From positions 13,010,722 to 13,074,721 of the forward strand of contig OZ037766.1 in NCBI GenBank assembly GCA_964035545.1: a stretch of 64,000 nucleotides of DNA, given 5' to 3'. A program made the translations under genes and the position numbers. Every line of letters begins with the position of its first letter. Position 1 is the first letter of the stretch. The notes beneath the pieces are model-generated. The model had not been told where the DNA came from. It did not search any database and worked only from the letters and a program-made list of their open reading frames with translations. Positions 60,701-64,000 of the stretch are shown piece after piece. The DNA is from Bugula neritina. Its lineage: Eukaryota > Animalia > Bryozoa.

Positions 60701-63352
60701 AAACAGGAAAACAACTCCAATATTCTCCGACTGATCATTACCTTTTCTATATGAATGAACATGTTGCACCAGGTGTGTCACCACATCTGGTGCAAGTCTA
60801 GTTGATATAAATTCAGCCAAATCCACCTGGAAACAGAGAATATTGATATAAAACATTTAGCACATGAAATATAAACTTGTATAAATATAACATGTGATAT
60901 AAAACAATCCACATTTAATGCAACACTGCTTATTAAAATTGTCGACTACTATTACAGTACCAAGTTTGAAGGTTATGCATGCCCTTAATAAAAAACAAAA
61001 TGTTAAATAATTGAGAAATGTTGGCAAAGTTCCATATTTGAGTGCTGTAAGCAAAGATTCTGACAACTGAAAAATATTTATAACATAGAATAAACTGGTA
61101 CCTTTTGCACCCGAATCAGCAATTTACAGACCAGGAATCGTAATGCTACACGAAGTTCGTCCACAACATCTTCCTCTTGAGTTATTTTTCTATGAAATAT
61201 TGGATATTGGTAACTATTAGAGTAAGAAAATTGCAGAAAAATGATCAAAAGTAACCCTTAGAAACATCGACTCAAAAACTTTACCATAACAGTTGTATTT
61301 TGCACCACAAGTTGTTATTAACAACTGTAGTGGTCAATTTCACATGATGTGTGTTACATTAATTATATCATAGGCGGTTATGTAAAGATTTTTAATTAAA
61401 TACTAGATAAATAATTTATAACTAATGCCAGCATTTTGCACCTCTCTTTAGGTTTTTTCACTTCCATGCTATAAAGTTATCAGATATAAAACTTGTGAAA
61501 ACGGCATCAGTATTAATTTATGGCCTTTATAGGTCCACAGATATAACACATGGTTATGGAAACAATACGCTTGAATGTCTATGATTATATAATAAACTTA
61601 CGTATACCAAGTGTAGACAAATCTATTGAGGACGTGACAAAGAAGCTAAAATGATAGAAAAACGAAGTGTCATTATAAAGTCAAGAATATGTGTAAATAT
61701 TGCACACAAAAATGAGAAATAAGTTCCTTTAGGTAAAAAGAATACTGTTTAGCTATGATTTAGAGATAGCAGTAATAAATTCTAATTCTCAACAGAGAAG
61801 AGTAGCACAGAATTTAGGAAAGTTTACAAAAAATACAAGGACATGTTATTAAACCATTACCACTGACAACTATTAGATGTATGTACAAGATAAAATAGGT
61901 GAACAGGTGAATAGAAAAGGGTGTTATCAGCCAGACACAATGATATCAAGGCAGTACCATGTTTACTCTTTACATTTCTATACAGTATACTTCTCAACTA
62001 GCTGCTAGTGAAACTGAGTGAGAGTGAGAGGGTGAGAGAGTTAGACTGAGTGAGAGTGAGCTAGTGAGACTAAGTAGACTAGTGAGAGTGAGTAAGAGTG
62101 ATACTGAGTGAACTAGCAAAAGCGAGCTAGTGAGAGTTAGACTAAAAGAGATAGTGAGACTGAGCGAGATTAAGGTAGTGAAACTAATAGAAAATGAGAG
62201 AAACATTATATAAGCAAAACTGTCCACTATCTAGACTCTAGAACCTAGAGCTATCACAGTATGATACCACTACCACTTCGTACAAGTCAATAACAGTGCC
62301 AAAGGTCATATGGAAACTACAGCGTGTCATAATGATAATCTATATGAGGTAAAAATATCTCATTTATCTGAAGGTATCTGAATGACTAGTATGTGTGATA
62401 TCTACTCACATCAGTCAGGGCTGCGTCAACTTTCTTTGGGACTGTTAGATTGTTCCAGGGTTGAAATGCATCTGTACTGGCTTGAGTTCTAGAAGCAGAT
62501 ATGAGTATTGATCACAAGACTGACTTCCTTTTAAACATGTATCCAGATTTCAAAAAAGTCCACAGGAGGAAAACTTCCATTATGAAAGCAGTTAGTAAAA
62601 TGATATTAGGGACCAGTGATGAGCTGGTATTCATGCAGATAATACAGTCAAAGCGATTGACTGAGAAGCGCTATAGATGCAAGAATATTGGTGAAATTAT
62701 ACAATTTTCAAATATGTCAGGATATTATTAAATTTCAATAAAACGACCACATCCTATGTTTGTTCAGAAATACCATGTCCCTAATGACAGCAGATGTAAC
62801 TAGCTATTACTATGTTTAAAATACAACTAAGAGGCCAGCTTGCATCAACTAAACTAAAGATTTGACTAATTGAAACTACGGTTAAAATTAGTAGCTGAAA
62901 CTACAACTTTAACAAAATCAATTTCTATCAAAATATGGGCAGCAGAATGTCTCATCTTAGCTTTAGAGTTTAAATACTAAATGAAAACTACTTCAAAAAA
63001 ACTCATTCAAATAACTGCTGCTAGAAATAAGGGGCAAAAACCTGTGCGTCTTAGTTCACAGTGAGTGGGTGGTAAGAATGGTTGACTAATTATTCTCTCA
63101 AATATCTTGCCACATAAAAAACAAGTTGAAGTCACATAATACGATACACCTCTGCATATGCAAAACGTTGATCTAGCACGCTAACTGTGAATAGCCCACA
63201 GACTACGTGCTACAGATGATGGTAGCATATGTAAGCATAACTCTAAGAGTGGCAACTTGCCAAACTTACACATGTAGATGGCAACCTGACTTCTTACAAG
63301 CTATGCACACCTCTCCACTCTCCTTTGCCTTGCTGGCTGTGTCTGGGACACT
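51706..63352 (-). CDS. SNX14: Sorting nexin-14-like (PXA, RGS, PX, PXC/Nexin_C); more than 15 exons, 5' end not resolved
   Basis: Exon translations in order: EVCIACKKSGCHLH, FQPWNNLTVPKKVDAALTD, VLNRFVYTWY, VDELRVALRF, LLLEELLAGVVLLPVADKIADPDTVNNLL, LKFLQFFL (RGS), SVFRTYNDFYNLEQKLKQFHG (PX), SELLYNFL, EVLQHPKLNKQ|LVYILLDTIVCQLFPEL. Confidence 0.9.
52995..53448. mobile_element. MITE, Kolobok-like
   Basis: TIRs agttgcgtttatacct / aggtataaacgcaat. Flanks gtaa / ttaa resemble a TTAA TSD, and the element starts with AG. Confidence 0.6.
56348..56428. repeat. (gcacagattgt)x3 followed by alternating purine-pyrimidine/(GT)n microsatellite
   Basis: cacagattgtgcgcagattgtgcacagattgtgcacgtgtgcgcgggtgtgcgcgcacgtgtgtgt... 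Confidence 0.85.
60290..60330. mobile_element. 41-bp insertion with 15-bp direct repeats (short dispersed repeat, copy B)
   Basis: Flanked by atataagaggcagat at 60275-60289 and 60331-60345. The same core is at 33903-33939. Confidence 0.7.
61995..62270. repeat. (TNANWN)n tract in an SNX14 intron
   Basis: tgagtg agag tgagag; ttagac tgag tgagag tgagct ag tgagac taagta; tgagag ttagac taaaag. Confidence 0.75.
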
Positions 63353-63534
63353 CTGAAAAATGATCTCATAGTATAATGTGTATACTTACTAGCAAGGGTT
63401 ATTGATAAAGGGATGATTAGAGATGGGTAGAGCAATCTAAGTTGTTCAGGCCTTGGCAAAACCTTTCTAGAATTGTAATTTGTAATTTTATTGCTTTGAG
63501 TATTGCAGTAAAGCAAATAACGAACTATCCAGCT

Positions 63535-63700
63535 GTAGCACACAATATACAGTAGCACAGTATATACAGTAGCACAGTATATACAGTAGCATATTATATA
63601 CAGTAGCACATTATGTACAGTAGCATATTATATACAGTAGCACACAATATACAGCAGCACACAATATACAGTAGCACACTATATACAGCAGCACATTAGG
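63535..63700. repeat. 17-bp minisatellite, about 9-10 copies (tacagtagcacantata)
   Basis: Tandem units tacagtagcacagtata / tacagtagcatattata / tacagcagcacacaata. Confidence 0.9.
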
Positions 63701-64000
63701 CTATATACATAGCAATCTGTGTGAAATCTATTCCTTTTATTACTCATAAAGCAGAATCAAATACGAATCTGAACTTCCAATAGTTGGTCAAAGTCAATTT
63801 TGTATGCAGAGACAGTATAGGCATATAATTGATATTTATGAACACATTTTAGTTTTAGACTAATAGCATAACTTTAAACTAATTTAAATGGCACTTTTGA
63901 TATTTTGGCTAAAAAACAGCTCAATTAAAAAATTCAAGTATGATGTCATCAAAAGCCATTGTTTTATAACTAATGCTATGAATTTGAATAATATGATGAA

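Noticed and set aside
63535-63700. CRISPR-like regular repeat
   Set aside because: Head-to-tail 17-bp units with no unique spacers, in a eukaryotic context with no cas genes. It is a minisatellite.

Overview
AT-rich, intron-rich animal genomic DNA, probably an invertebrate (not bacterial). I reconstructed nine host genes from splice sites and protein similarity recalled from memory: a C5orf63-like glutaredoxin (-), NAT9 (+), a short dystrobrevin C-terminal-like gene (-), DERL1 (+), FDX2 (+), an NPY/PrRP/sNPF-type GPCR with an intronless CDS (-), NDUFS6 (-), RRS1 (+) and most of SNX14 (-). Six of them form three head-to-head pairs. Four copies of a CR1/L2-group non-LTR retrotransposon family (PHD ORF1, APE+RT ORF2) and several MITEs are present. 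The most unusual signal is a set of degenerate, strand-symmetric 6-bp-periodic tracts, consensus (T-N-A-N-W-N)n. They fill the first introns on both sides of the promoters, and all four LINE copies lie in or abut them. The LINEs also share a covarying 3'-UTR stem-loop and a conserved ORF1/ORF2 overlap, and two copies are 5'-truncated at nearly the same point. All of this was read by eye, with no database search, so tract boundaries and non-coding exons are approximate.
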